A DNA stretch of 63,973 nucleotides, filler included, from Chiloscyllium plagiosum (lineage: Eukaryota), in assembly GCF_004010195.1 (NCBI RefSeq). It is 3 parts of one record of this genome, joined end to end, with 100 filler letters (N's around TTAATTAATTAA, not from the genome) between each part and the next. Parts side by side here need not be neighbours in the genome. Positions count along the whole stretch, not along the records: positions 1 to 29,139 come from NC_057714.1; positions 29,240 to 60,709 come from NC_057714.1; 1 more part is not named here. The stretch is one strand, 5' to 3'. Made by a program: the position numbers and the translations under genes. How positions within the stretch are numbered: the stretch's first letter is position 1; each line of letters starts with the position of its first letter. The notes under the pieces were generated by a model that did not search any database, was not told the origin of the DNA, and saw only the letters and a program-made list of their open reading frames with translations. Positions 25,721 through 38,132 of the stretch are shown here, piece by piece.

Positions 25721-27129
25721 TGTAACCCTTTGTTGATTGTCGTAAAAACTCATCTGGCTCACTAATGTCCTTTGAGAAAATAAATCTTCTGTTCTTGCCC
25801 AATATTGCCTGCATGTGATCTAGCCCTACTATGTGGTTGACTCTTAACTGCTCACTGGGCAATTAGGGGGAGTTTGCCAGAGCAAATAAAATTTTAAAAA
25901 ACCTTGAATAACAGCTTTGCAAACGAATATACGGTGTTTTCTTTGATGAAGACCTGAAGACAGCGGCAGCAAATACATGGACTTCAGATATTAGTCTCAC
26001 ATTCAACAAATTGAACTTAGAAGCTAGATTGATTATTTATCGGTGGTTTGAATAATTTTGAAAATAAACTCCAGACAAAACGTACATTTCTCACAAGTGC
26101 ATCATGCTACCTGGGAGTATATTTTGGCGGACAACAGTTGATGAAACATGTTTTGGCAGGATCGAGGCATAGTTATAAACCATACAATTATCAGGTGAGT
26201 TATTCGAAGTGTGGGAGAGTGTCTGGAAATTTGAATGAATATTCCAATTGAATCTGAACTTTGGAGGGGGCAAGAGACAGAGAAACAACATTGTCTAGTA
26301 TTTCTGTTGCATAACTTTCTCATTAAGCTGACTGATAAGAAAGTCATATGTTAATAAATAATTATTGACTGGTAAATCTCCTAGGTTGGCTTTGTCTCTT
26401 TGTTAGCCAGATCTTGTCTCAGTGCTTTTGACTCTGCTAAGGTGAAGTTGCATCAACAATCCTCCATTCTTAGCAATTACATTGAGAGTGAGGTCTGGGT
26501 CCACAGAAACATTCTCTCTCTAATGTGGCAAATATTTCCGTATGATGGCTATGTTCTATTGCAAGCTCATCATTAAGGTCATATTACAATGGGACCACTG
26601 AACTGACAGGGAAGTTTCTCAAAATGCTTAACTGCATTAGATTTGATCCTTGGACATGGAAGAGCTGAAATGTCAAGACGCAAATTTAACTCTGCCCTCA
26701 TGTGCAAGTGATTCCCATTGCAGCATTTTCAGGGTTCACATGTTTTAATAGCCTTAAGAGATTTTTTTACAAGTCTAATCTCTTCCTGCAGTCTTCCAGT
26801 AAGTAATTCTGTTACACTTGCATTACTTTATTGAAGTATTGAATTGGATTTGTTGTAACATGTGCTTACATGAGAAAGATTACAAGTTGCCACTTTTGCT
26901 GGCATCTTAAATACAAAGGTACTGAAGTACAGATACTTAGTTACAAAGCAGAAAATAAGGAAAACAAAGGTAAAATTTAAACATTGCAGTCCTTCTTCTT
27001 AAGAAGTAGAAAAATGAAGAGAAAGAGTGAGCAGTTCAACACCACAGGGGGTAAGGAGCTAGTCATAGGAGGCACAAACGTGAGATGCCACAGCCCGTCC
27101 CAGGGCAGCTTTCTTCGTTGAACAGCAGC

Positions 27130-29139
27130 TCACTCCCACTCTCACTGCTGCCACAGCGCTTCTTACATGTACTTTCACTGCTGCCACAAGCACCATATTC
27201 CCACTCACACTGCCATCCCCCGGTGCTCCCTACTCCCACTCTCACTGCCATTCCCGGGACTCGCTACTCCCACTCTCACTGCCATCCCCCGGTGCTCCTT
27301 ACTCTCACTCTTACTGCCATCCCCGGTGCTCCCTACTCCCACCCTCACTGCCATCATGGTGCTCCCTACTCCCACTCTCGAAGCCATCCCCCGATGCTCC
27401 CTACTCCCACTCTCACTGGTATCCTCGGGACCCACTATTCCCACTCTCACTGCCATCCCCGGGCCTCCATATTCCCACTCTCACCACCATTCCCTGGGTG
27501 CTCCATACTCCCACTCTCACTGCCAACCTGGTGCTCCGTACTCCCACTCTCACTGCCATTCCCGGGGTGCTCCGTACTCCCACTCTCACTGCCATTCCTG
27601 GGGTGGTCCCTACTCCCAGTTACACTGCCATTCCCGTTGCTCCCTACACCCACACTCACTGCCACCCTCTAGTGCTCCCTTCACCAACTCTCACTGCCAT
27701 CCTCTGGTGCTCCCTACTCCCACTCTCACTGCCACCCCGGTGCTCCCTACTCCCACTCTCACTGCCATCCCCCGGTGCTCCCTACTCCCACTCTCACTGC
27801 CATCCCCCGGTGCTCCCTACTCCCACTCTCACTGCCATCCTCGCGACTCCCTACTCCCACTCTCACTGCCAACGCCAGTGCTCCCTTCACCAACTCCCAT
27901 CACGGTGCTCCCTAATCCCACTTTCGACACCATCCCCTGGTGCTCCCTACGGTCACTCTCACTGCCATCCCCCGGTGCTCCCTACTCCCACTCTCACTGC
28001 CATTCCCACAACTCCCTACTCCCCCACTCTCACTGCCATTCCTGGGGTGGTCCCTACTCCCAGTTGCACTGCCATTCCCGTTGCTCCCTACACCCACACT
28101 CACTGCCACCCTCTAGTGCTCCCTTCACCAACTCTCACTGCCATCCTCTGGTGCTCCCTACTCCCACTCTCACTGATCCCCCGGTGCTCCCTACTCCCAC
28201 TCTCACTGCCATCCCCCGGTGCTCCCTACTCCCACTCTCACTGCCATCACCAGGACTCCCTACTCCCACTCTCACTGCAATTCCCGGGACTCCCTGCTCC
28301 CACTTTCACTACCATCCCCGGTGCTCCCTACTCCCAATCTCACTGCCATCCCCTGGACTCCCTACTCCCACTCTCAAAGGCATTCACGGGGTGCTCCCTA
28401 CTCTCACTCTCACTGCCATTCCCAGGGTGCTCCCTACTCCCAATCTCAGTGCCATTCCCCGTACTCCCTACTCCCACTCTCAAAGCCATTCTCGGGGTGC
28501 TCCCTACTCTCACTCTCACTGCCATTCCCGGGGTGCTCCCTACTCCCACTCTCACTGTCATCCCCGGTGCTCCCTCCTCCCACTCTCACTGCCATTCCCG
28601 GTGCTCCCTACTCCCACTCTCACTGCCATCCCGGTGTGCTCCCTACCCCCACTCACACTGCCATTCCCGGGGCTCCCTACTCGCACTCTCGATGCCATCC
28701 CGGTGCTCCCTACTCCCACTCTCACTGCCATCCCCGGTGCTCCCTTCTCCCACTCTCACTGCCATTCCCAGTACTCCCTACTCCCACTCTCACTGCCATC
28801 CCGCGGTGCTCCATACTCCCACTCTCACTGCCATACCGGGGAGTCCCTACTCCCACTCTCACTACCATCACCGGATCTCCCTATTCCGACTCACAGTGCC
28901 GTCCCCCGGTGCTCCCTACTCCCACGCTCACTGCCATCCCCGGGACTCCCTGCTCCCACTCTCACTGCAATTCCCGGGACTCCCTACTCCCACTCTCACT
29001 GCCATCCCCTGGTGCTCCCTAATCCCACTCTCACTGCCACCCCGATGCTCGCTACTCCCACTCTCAATGCTATTCCGTGCTCCCTACTCTCACTCTCACT
29101 GCCATCCCCGAGACTCCCTACTCCCACTCTCACTGCCAT
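27130..29139. repeat. About 35-38-bp C-rich minisatellite, about 2 kb, running into the contig end
   Basis: Unit approximately ggtgctccctactcccactctcactgccatcccc; explains the long Pro/His/Ser/Thr ORFs at 27085-29195. Confidence 0.97.
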
Positions 29140-29239
29140 NNNNNNNNNNNNNNNNNNNNNNNNNNNNNNNNNNNNNNNNNNNNTTAATTAATTAANNNNN
29201 NNNNNNNNNNNNNNNNNNNNNNNNNNNNNNNNNNNNNNN
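29140..29239. other. Artificial contig-joining spacer N44-TTAATTAATTAA-N44
   Basis: A 12-mer with stops in all six frames centred in exactly 100 bp; identical structure at 60710-60809. Confidence 0.93.
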
Positions 29240-29264
29240 TTTCTTAGAATCATATAATCCCTAC

Positions 29265-29552
29265 AATGTGGAAACAGGCCATTCAGCCCATTGAGTCATA
29301 CCAACCCTCTGAAGAGCATCCCACCCAGATCCAAACCACCATCTATCCCTGTAACCCTGCATTTCCCATGGTTAATCCACTTAACCTGCACAGCTTTGGG
29401 CTGTGAGAGGAAACCGGTGCACCCAGAAGAAACCCGTGCTGACATGAGATGAATGTGCAAACTCCACACAGTCAGTCATCTGAGGGTGAAATCGTACCCG
29501 GATCCTTGGTGCTGTGAGGCAGCAGTGCTAACCACTGAGGCAGCGTGCTGCC
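29265..29552 (-). mobile_element. HE1-type V-SINE
   Basis: Antisense head gtgaggcagcagtgctaaccactg and tail tagaatcatataatccctaca. Confidence 0.88.
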
Positions 29553-29944
29553 CTTTTCTTAAACATGAACAATAAAGTGATTAATGCAACTGCAGCAGCA
29601 ATGGCTCTGTGTGCTCATTTTGATTAACTATATCAATTGGTCAGCCAGGCCTTTAGAATCAGATCCTACTCCAGCCAAATTTTATGTGATATGAGAAAGG
29701 ACCTCAAAATCCATTGACGTTGTGCTGCAAATGAAAGTCAATCCTCAGCAAAAATACACAGGGGTTAATTTCAGGCATTAAGTGAAAGTCAGTGACTCAG
29801 CATGAGGAATTCAACATCATCTGACTCTTATCACAGGACATAGAGCAGGAAAATGCCATTACCTTTTGCAATCAAAAGATTGATTACCTAATTGGCCAGG
29901 ATGCCAGGACCTTGTTCTGTTTTCAATAATTGTTTGCGATATTT

Positions 29945-30055
29945 TACATGTATCTGAGACAGCAGTCAGAGTCTTCATTTAATAGTTCATCTGACAAACA
30001 CCATGTTCAAGAGTGCAGCCCTCCCTCTGTATTGGATTGCAGTGTCTACCCTGAA
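29945..30055 (-). mobile_element. Deu-domain SINE 5'/central remnant
   Basis: tttaatagttcatctgac...agtgcagccctccctctgta resembles an antisense DeuSINE core as recalled. Confidence 0.45.
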
Positions 30056-30744
30056 TCAGCACCAGCTGACAATAATATGGGCTTGGCCATTGCTACTGAG
30101 TTTGTTAGAGTTAGCATACTGCATCTAATTTGGGTTCCTTAGGAAACATGACAAAACTATGAAGAAGGAATAAATGATACCAGGGATTAAAAGTTTTAGC
30201 TATGAGGAAAAGCCTCAGATGCAAGCAAGCCTGTCTAGAGTTTCACTGAGATAAATGAGGAAAAGTTATTTCCACCAAACAGTGAGTCAGAAACCACAGA
30301 ATATAAAATTCATCCTCATTTTCTGGCCTTGCGTATTACTAAGGCAGAAGTAGGTAGAGTTTTGATTACAAGGGGGTGAAAATTATTGGGGGTATTCAGG
30401 AATGTAGGGTTGAGATTAAAATCAGTTCAGGCATGACCTTATTGAATGGTGGAGAGGGTAGTAAAGACCGAGGGGCCTATTCTTGTTTCTTGTTTGTACG
30501 TTTGTATTCCCAAAACAGCAAATAAAGATAGCAGAATTGTTAACATATTATATGTTCATATTTTACCTCACAGGGATATAAATGGGGGCTACTAAATAAC
30601 AAGTGTTAAAATACTTGACAAGGAGAATTGTTAGAAGAGAATTGGCAGAGTTGGATAGCTTTTTCATTGTCATTGCGCTAAAAGAACCCCTTGAGCTGTA
30701 AAACTTTAAAGATTATAGGACGCTATTTGGATTTCAGCAGTACT

Positions 30745-30990
30745 CTGAAATGGGTATAAATGAAATTACACGGCACTATTTTGAAGAGGAACAACAGAGC
30801 TTCCCTGTGTATCCTGTCCAGTGCTAATGACTCAACCAACATTACTAAAACAGGTCACACTGCTGTTTGTGCGAAGTTGTTGCATGCAAGATGTTGTGCT
30901 AAATAAAAAATGCTTCATTGACCATAATACAGTTTGAAAACTCCTGAGGTCACGAAAGGTGTTGTAAAAATGCACTTTATTTTATTTTTC
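30745..30990 (+). mobile_element. Deu-domain SINE (SacSINE1/AmnSINE1-like) remnant
   Basis: ggcactattttgaagag...ctcaaccaacattactaaaacag...tgctgtttgtg...cctgaggtcacgaaagg...aaatgca follows the DeuSINE core and tail order. Confidence 0.7.
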
Positions 30991-32727
30991 TTCTCATCCT
31001 ACATTGTGTTACTGAGGGGGGAACGATCCTTTGAGGGAAACACTCAATGCTATTCCATCAGCCATGCTGGATTCTGTGCATGTGTTGATGCTCAATCTGG
31101 ACAGGGGCTGGCTCCACCTACTAATGGACCCTGACATCAAATAGAAGGTTGGACTGATGTCTCTTAGTACTGCGTTTCAGCAACAACCAATGCCTCAGAG
31201 ACAGGAGAGACCTGGGAACTTTTGCGAATACTGTAGTTCTATATCATGCCTCATGTGATTGCAAGAATTGACAGATGATCTCAGCAGCACCTTTATTTGA
31301 ATAGTGCTGGTCATTGGACTGAACAGAATGATATCACTTACAATTCTGAACTGTTCCAAAGTGCATGACAAACAACCACTCCCAATGAGTCATGCAGACA
31401 CGTTGCACATCATTCCTGGGTGATTGACCAGCACCACTCATGGTAAATGAATAAACAAATCAATGGATGACTACAGTCTGACTCATGAGATCATATGATA
31501 CTCGCAAGATCAGCTGTGATGCTCATTGGGCCAAAGCTGTAGCCTTGAGCTAATGCTACAAGCTACTGCCTGGGCAAACACATGACAGACTGAAGATAAG
31601 AATTAATCTGAGCAGAAGCTACAGCAAATGTTCCTGTGATAGTTTGTATGGCTGCTATTGGGAAAGGGGATCTGAGGTAAAAGTTGACTAGATTTTAGAC
31701 GAATGAAAAACCTGAGCATTATTCTCCTTCTCGGAGTGACAGACTCAACCAATGTTAACTTGTAGCATGCCAACTTGCAGCATGCCACCATTTCGATCAA
31801 AACTAGTGGGGAGCAGTTTTCTCCCTGTGAAAGTCAGGTGGCCTCGCTGAACTTCAGTTGGCCTTGGTAGCAGTTCAGAATGGGAAGGTTTTCTCATTAA
31901 ATCTGGACTTAGCCAGGCCTCTAACCCTCGGTCTTTACTACCCTTCCTCAGATTGTGTCAAGTCCATTGTCAAGTACATTGAAGAAGAGTTGGCCTAGCA
32001 GCAGGGATGTCAGTACCTGACAGAGGGTGGGGCAACAGGTTTTTGATGTCACTGTCTTCCATTGGCATTCCACTGCCAGTCCCCAGAGTGATGAGCATTC
32101 ACGACCAGTTTGAATTAACCTTGGAAGTCAAAGTAAATCAAAGAACGAGCAAGGTCATGTTCTTGGGAATGGGGTCAACTGATCCTTTATCCTCCTTACA
32201 GTCAGGTCAGGCCTTAATGATAAGATTTGCATGTGCTGGGGTTCACACCAAAACCCGTAGGTATGTGTAGCCATGTTAGAATAAAAACGATGCTCCCTCA
32301 CGATTGTCGCAAACAATCTAATCATTTGGTGTTGTTTAATGTGTCACAGGTCTGGTCCTTACCTTACGCATCCACTATGCCAAACATACTAGCCATCTTC
32401 TGTTTTGTCTGGGGATTTTGCATGCAGGAGTACAGTGTACAACTCTCTAGACAAGGGGACTATGGTGAAGGAAAGCGAGGGGAACATGTCAATGTAATCC
32501 TCATACTGATGGCAACGCTAACTCCAGTTATACCCCAACCCTCAATACGCAAACACCAAATATCATATATACTGAAAATCTATCTGTTTCAAACACTTCA
32601 AAGGATTGGTCTGGCTATATTAGAGTCCTAGAAGGCCTGAGGGAAATGGAAATATTGGATTCTGTTGGATGGCTCCCTAAACAAATTGCTATTTGGTAGA
32701 GCCCCTCATTGCCAGATCTTTCAAACT

Positions 32728-32930
32728 GTTCGGAGAAAATGTCACTCAACCCGAAACATTAACTCTGATGTTAACTCGAGGCTCACTGAAGATATTACCT
32801 AATATGGTGACGAAACATCTGAAAACAAACTTTCCAGCTCAGTGAGCAAACCTATACCCATTAATTCTGATTTCCCTCCACAGATTCTGCCAAATCTGCT
32901 GAGCTTTTCCAGCAAGCTCTATTTTAATTT
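32728..32930 (+). mobile_element. Nested PLE terminal-repeat fragments of two families
   Basis: Outer gtcactcaacccgaaacattaactctgat...tgctgagcttttccagcaa; inner 32770-32858 with ctgaaga...gacgaaac; TSD cattaa(c/t)tctgat at 32757-32769 and 32859-32871. Confidence 0.75.
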
Positions 32931-33665
32931 CAAACTGAGAGCCAGACATAGCTTGGCTGGTGATGAGAAAAGTTCTCCCTATTAGGTTCTACCTAAACGC
33001 ACAGAGTCTTACTGCCTCCACACGCTGCCTTCAGGGTGGCTGGGGAGAGGGGGAACAAACAATCACACACCTCCTTCTGCAAAGCAACTTTGTAAAGCAA
33101 GCTTAGAAAGAGATGCAGTGGCTTTTGTCAGTAGTACTTTACCCTGTTTCCAGTTCTTCAGTGCCCTACAGTAAGTAGACCATAAACAGTGGCTTTTCCC
33201 CACTGAGCCCCTACAGTAACTGTCCCAATAGTCTGTACCTGTGTTCCTATACCTTGGAATGTGCAGTAGGCACCACATCATGGTCAGCACTTTGCAGTAA
33301 ATTCCAGACTTAAGAATGTTTTTTTTTAAAATCTGGGTTGATTGCCCTCCAGCTGCAATTGAAGGTTATTTCAAGCATGCATCCCTAACAACAGCCCATG
33401 AAACACAGTCATGCATTATAAAGCTGCTTGGACTAAGCTTTGACTAAAACCATTGCATCTCTTTCCAGATTTGCTTTACAATGTTGCTTTGCAGGAGGAG
33501 ATGTGTGATTGTTTGTTCCCCTCCCAGCCACCCTGAAGGCAGTGTGTGGAGGCAGGAAGACTCTGTGCGTTTAGGTAGAACCTAATAGGGAGAACCTTTC
33601 TCACTACCAACCAAGCTATGTCTGGCTCCCAGTTTGAAACTAAAATAGAAATTGCTGGAAAAGCT
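32903..33665. repeat. Long inverted repeat, about 225-bp arms with about 310-bp spacer
   Basis: 32903-33130 is the reverse complement of 33441-33665, e.g. ccctattaggttctacctaaacgcacagagtctt / aagactctgtgcgtttaggtagaacctaataggg. Confidence 0.93.
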
Positions 33666-33994
33666 AGAAAAAAACACCACTGGCACTGTTATGTAAGTTA
33701 ATGGTTCTGTTATCATGCAACAAAACATCTTGTTATCTAACTCCTTTATAGATACTGTACAATGGTGTATCCGCTACCACTAATCGCTACACAGCCCAAG
33801 ATAAAGCTAAGTCAAAGGAGGATCAGTGTTAGTGAATCACCTCAAACAATCTTTAACCATAGTACTGCAGGTGGCAAATACCTTAAGGTGTCAGGAGCGG
33901 TTATCAGGGAAACTGCGGCTGGTGCAGAGCTATTGACAATTTCTAATGCGGAGGTAGATAGATATTAACTAGCCAGGGATACAAAGGTTCTTGT

Positions 33995-34500
33995 ATTTTT
34001 TAATTCACTACAGAACATGGGGCCTGGCATCACTGACTTATCGCTGGTTGCCCCTCGCTGAGGTAGTGGTGAGCTGCCTTCTTGAACTGCTGCAGTCCAT
34101 GTGCTGCAGGTAGACCCACAATGCCGTTAGGGAGGGAATTCCAAGATTTTGACCCAAGAGCTCTATAGGAACAAAGACATATTTTCAAATCAGCATGGTG
34201 AGTAGCTTGAAGGGAACTTGCTGGTGGCTGTGTTCCCATGTATCTGCTGCCCTTATCCTTCTAGATGGTAGTGGTCATGGGTTTGGAAGGTGCTGTCTGA
34301 GGAACATTGGTGAATTTCTTAAATGTATCTTGTTAATGTTCTACACTGCTGCTACTGGGCCTTGGTGGTGAATGAAGTGCATTTAGCGTTGACCAAGCAG
34401 GCTGCTTTGTCCTGGATGGTATCAATCTTCTTGAGTGTTGTTGGAGCTTCACTCATCCAAGCAAGTGTGTCCATTCCATCATATTCCTGACATGTGCCTT
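33995..34500 (-). mobile_element. LINE (CR1/L2-like) 3' fragment whose tail resembles that of the second SINE family
   Basis: Minus ORF gives SWNSLPNGIV...LQQFKKAAHH; similar tail at 53633-53740. Confidence 0.7.
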
Positions 34501-34944
34501 TTAGGTATTATTTGGGAATGTGAAAGGTGATCCACAATCAACAGAGACATGAATTGATCAACTAGTGGAATGAACTCAATAAACGTAATGGCATACTTCC
34601 AGGATTCATTTATTTATCGGTAAACCCCACAGGTGGAATCTTTGACCTGGAATGTAGATTGTAAATATCATGCGCAATTGATTCGAACCATCTCAGCATA
34701 CCACATGCTGTACAGAAATATCCTGAAGTGCATTGTGTGGTTCTTAATGTCCAACTGAACTGTTATGGAATTAAATTTGACAATTTTTTAATGAATAACA
34801 TATATACTTTGGGGAAAAAATGTCATCAATATGCCCAATTAAATAGGACTTTGTTCACTTGCAGTCAATTGGATTGGGACAACAAAGAAATGGGTGAGAG
34901 GCCTGACTGTGATTTGTAATGTCCCCTGCCCACAATTAGGAAGT

Positions 34945-37329
34945 GTATGGACTGGGGCCGGGCTTACCTTTTCCACTTCTTCCACTGCCTCCGCCTCTGA
35001 ACTTACTCTTTCTACCAAAACTCCCGCCCATCCTCCGAGGACTCCTTCTCCCATCTCCAAGACATCCCATCCACCTGGACACCCGTGCCGGTCTGTTACC
35101 TGCCTTTGACCTCTTCATTTCAAGCTGCCGCTGTGATATTGACTGCCTCAACCTGTCCATTCCCCTCACCCACTTCAACTTCTCAACCTTCCACTCCCTC
35201 CACTCTAACTCCAACCTCACCATCAAATCATGGACAAGGGTGGGGGGGTGCAGTGGTAGTTTGGCGCACTGACCTCTATACCGCTGAAGCCAGGCGCCAA
35301 TTTGAAGACACCTCCTCTTACCGCCCCCTCGACCATGACCTCACCCTCATCACCAAACCATCATCTCCCAGACCATACACAACCTCATCACCTCAGGGGA
35401 TCTCCCACCCACAGCTTCCAACCTCATAGTTCGGGAACCCCGCACCGCCCGATTCTACCTCCTTCCCAAGATCCACAAACCTGACTACTCTGGCCGACCC
35501 ATTGTCTCAGCCTGCACCTGCCCCAACAAACTCGTCTCCACCTACCCCGATATTTTCCTATACCCCCTGGTCCAGGAACTCCCCACATACATTTGGGATA
35601 CCATCCACACCCTCCACTTCCTCCAAGACCTTTGTTTCCCTGGCCCCTAAAGCCTCATCTTCACCATGGACATCCAGTCCCTATACACCTCCATCCACTA
35701 TGACCAGGGCCTTGAAGCCTTCAGTTTCTTCCTCTTCCAACTTCCTCCCAGTACCCTTCTACTGACACTCTAATTCATTTGGCTCAACTGGTCCTCACCC
35801 TCAATCATTTCTCCTTTGAATCCTCCCATTTCCTATAAACGAAAGAGGTAGCCACGGGCACCCGTATGGGCCCCAGTTATGTCTGTCTCTTTGTCGGCTA
35901 TGTGGAACAGTCCATCTTTTGCAGTTACACCGGCACAATTCCCCACCTTTTCCTCCGCTCCATTGATGACTGCATCGGTTCCATCTCATGCTCCCACGAG
36001 GAGGTTGAAAAGTTCATCAACTTCACCAACATATTCCACCCTGACCTCAAATTCATCTGGACCATCTCAGACACCTCCCTTCCCTTCCTGGACCTCTCCA
36101 CCTCCATCAATGGGGACCGACTCAATACTGACACTGCAAACCCACCGACTCCCACAGCTACCTGGACTACACCTCTTCCCACCCTGCCTCCTGCAAAAAT
36201 GCTATCCCTTATTCTCAATTCCTCCGCCTTCGTTGCATCTGCTCCCAGGAGGTCCAGTTCCACCACGGAACACAACAGATGGCCTCCTTCTTTAAAGACC
36301 TCAATTTCCCCTCCCACATAGTTGATGATGCCTTCCAGCACATCTCATCCACTTCCTGCACCTCTGCCCTTGAACCTCACCCCTCCAACTGCAACAAGGA
36401 CAGAAGCCCCCGGTCCTAACCTTCCACCCCTCTAACTTTTGCTTAAACCGCATCATCTGCCGCCGTTTCCACCAACTACAAATGGACCCCACCACCAGAG
36501 ATATATTTCCCTCCCCACTGTTATCCGTTTTCTGTAAAGACCGTTCCCTCTGCGAATCCCTTGTCAGGTCCATGCCACCCACCAACCTACCCTCCGTTCC
36601 CAGCACCTTGCCCTGCCACCACAGGAATTGCAAAACCTGCGCCCACACCTTCTCCCTCACCTCCATCCAAGGCCCCAAAGGAGCTTTCCACATCCATCAA
36701 AGTTTCACTTGCACTTCCACACATGCCATTTACTGTATCTGTTGTTCCCAATGCAGTCTCTTTTACAGTGGGGAGACTGGATGCCTTTTCATAGAGCGCT
36801 TTGGGGAACATCTCTGGGACACCCGCACCAACCAACCCCACCGCCTCATGGCTGAACACTACAACTGCCCCTCCCACTCTGCCAAGGACATGCAGGTCCT
36901 GGGCCTCCTCCATCTCCACTCCCTAACCACCCAATGCCTGGAGGAAGAACACCTCATCTTCGGCCTTGGGACCCTTCAACTCCATGGCATCAACATGGAT
37001 TTCACCAGTTTCCTAATTTCCCCTCGCCTCACTTTATCCCAGATCCAACCTTCCAGCACAACACCACCCTCATGACCGCACCTGTCCATCTTCCTTCTCA
37101 CCTGTCCGCTCCAGCCTCCTTTCAAACCTATTACCATTAATTCCATCTCCATCTACCTATCCCACTCTCAGCTACCTCCCCACCATGCCCCACCCACCTC
37201 CCATTTATCTCACCAATTTGTTGGCTCCCAGCCTCATTCATGATAAAGGGCTTTTGCCTGAAATATCAATTCTCCTGCTCCTCGCATGCTACCTGACCTG
37301 CTGTGCTTTTTCAACACCACACTCTCGAC
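34945..37329 (+). mobile_element. Penelope-like element (Neptune-like), long decayed copy: RT, GIY-YIG endonuclease and 3' terminal repeat
   Basis: DKGG.VV, FYLLPKIHK..SGRPIVS, DI.SLY, G..MGPSY, LRSIDDC (YIDD), FLD; Cys linker PCHHRNCKTC; IYCICCSQC..YSGET...RF.EH; decayed hammerhead at 37240-37268. Confidence 0.93.
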
Positions 37330-38132
37330 CAATGCACTGAAAATTGAGATCCAAAACTCACTCACAGAAGTCATCATCAGTGAATCCAAATATGGAACAT
37401 GTCCCAATAGGCCCCAGTCTCCTTCATCATTAGCAGGATCAACAGGGCCTCAGCCTAAGGAATGATTCAGTATAGATTCCCATTCTTCATCAGTATCTCT
37501 ATATCCACTCCTCCCTGAAGATAGATCACTTGAATAAGGCACTTTCGTGCTGTTGGTGCCTGGCTTTACAGGGACTCAGGAGGATTAAAAAGATTAAAAC
37601 AATTTTAAGAAAACATTCCATTTGATGAATTTATTTGATAATTGTTGATGAATAATGCATGTACATTCCCATTGGCCTACAAGATTCAATGATGTGCAGA
37701 ATTCTATAAGTATTCGATGGCATACAGCAGATATATATTAACAATACAGCATACATATACCAACAATGCAATTTCCTTCTCATCACATGATTATAGACAA
37801 GAAGAGCAGGATCAGAACCCATGCCTGAAGCAAATGTAACGTGGGAGCCTAACAGGTGTTCACAAAATTGGTTTGCCTTGAACAAAGCTAACATTGAAGA
37901 AAACCAGACCTTGCAAGTATCCAACCATTGATTCTTAAAGTGGTACAGTCTCCCAGTGCCGCCTCATCTGACTGAAGACTAACATATCTGCGCTGTCCTA
38001 CCAACATCTATTCCAATGTTATTGAGTCATAGTCATAGACTAATAGTCTAGAATGCAATCTCATTCAGACACAGAAGGCTTTTGCCCATTTCGCCTTAGA
38101 TAAAGTTAAATATTGGAAACATCCAACCACCA

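Noticed and set aside
27130..29139. CRISPR-like periodicity of about 36 bp
   Set aside because: Units are head-to-tail with no unique spacers; eukaryotic context with no cas genes.
27085..29195. Long ORFs of 565-674 aa rich in Pro/His/Ser/Thr
   Set aside because: Read-through of a stop-poor minisatellite in several frames; no unique coding sequence.
14411..30686. Identical 16-mer cattgcgctaaaagaa at 14411 and 30671
   Set aside because: One 16-mer match in 64 kb is plausible by chance, flanks do not extend, and the copies lie across an artificial join.
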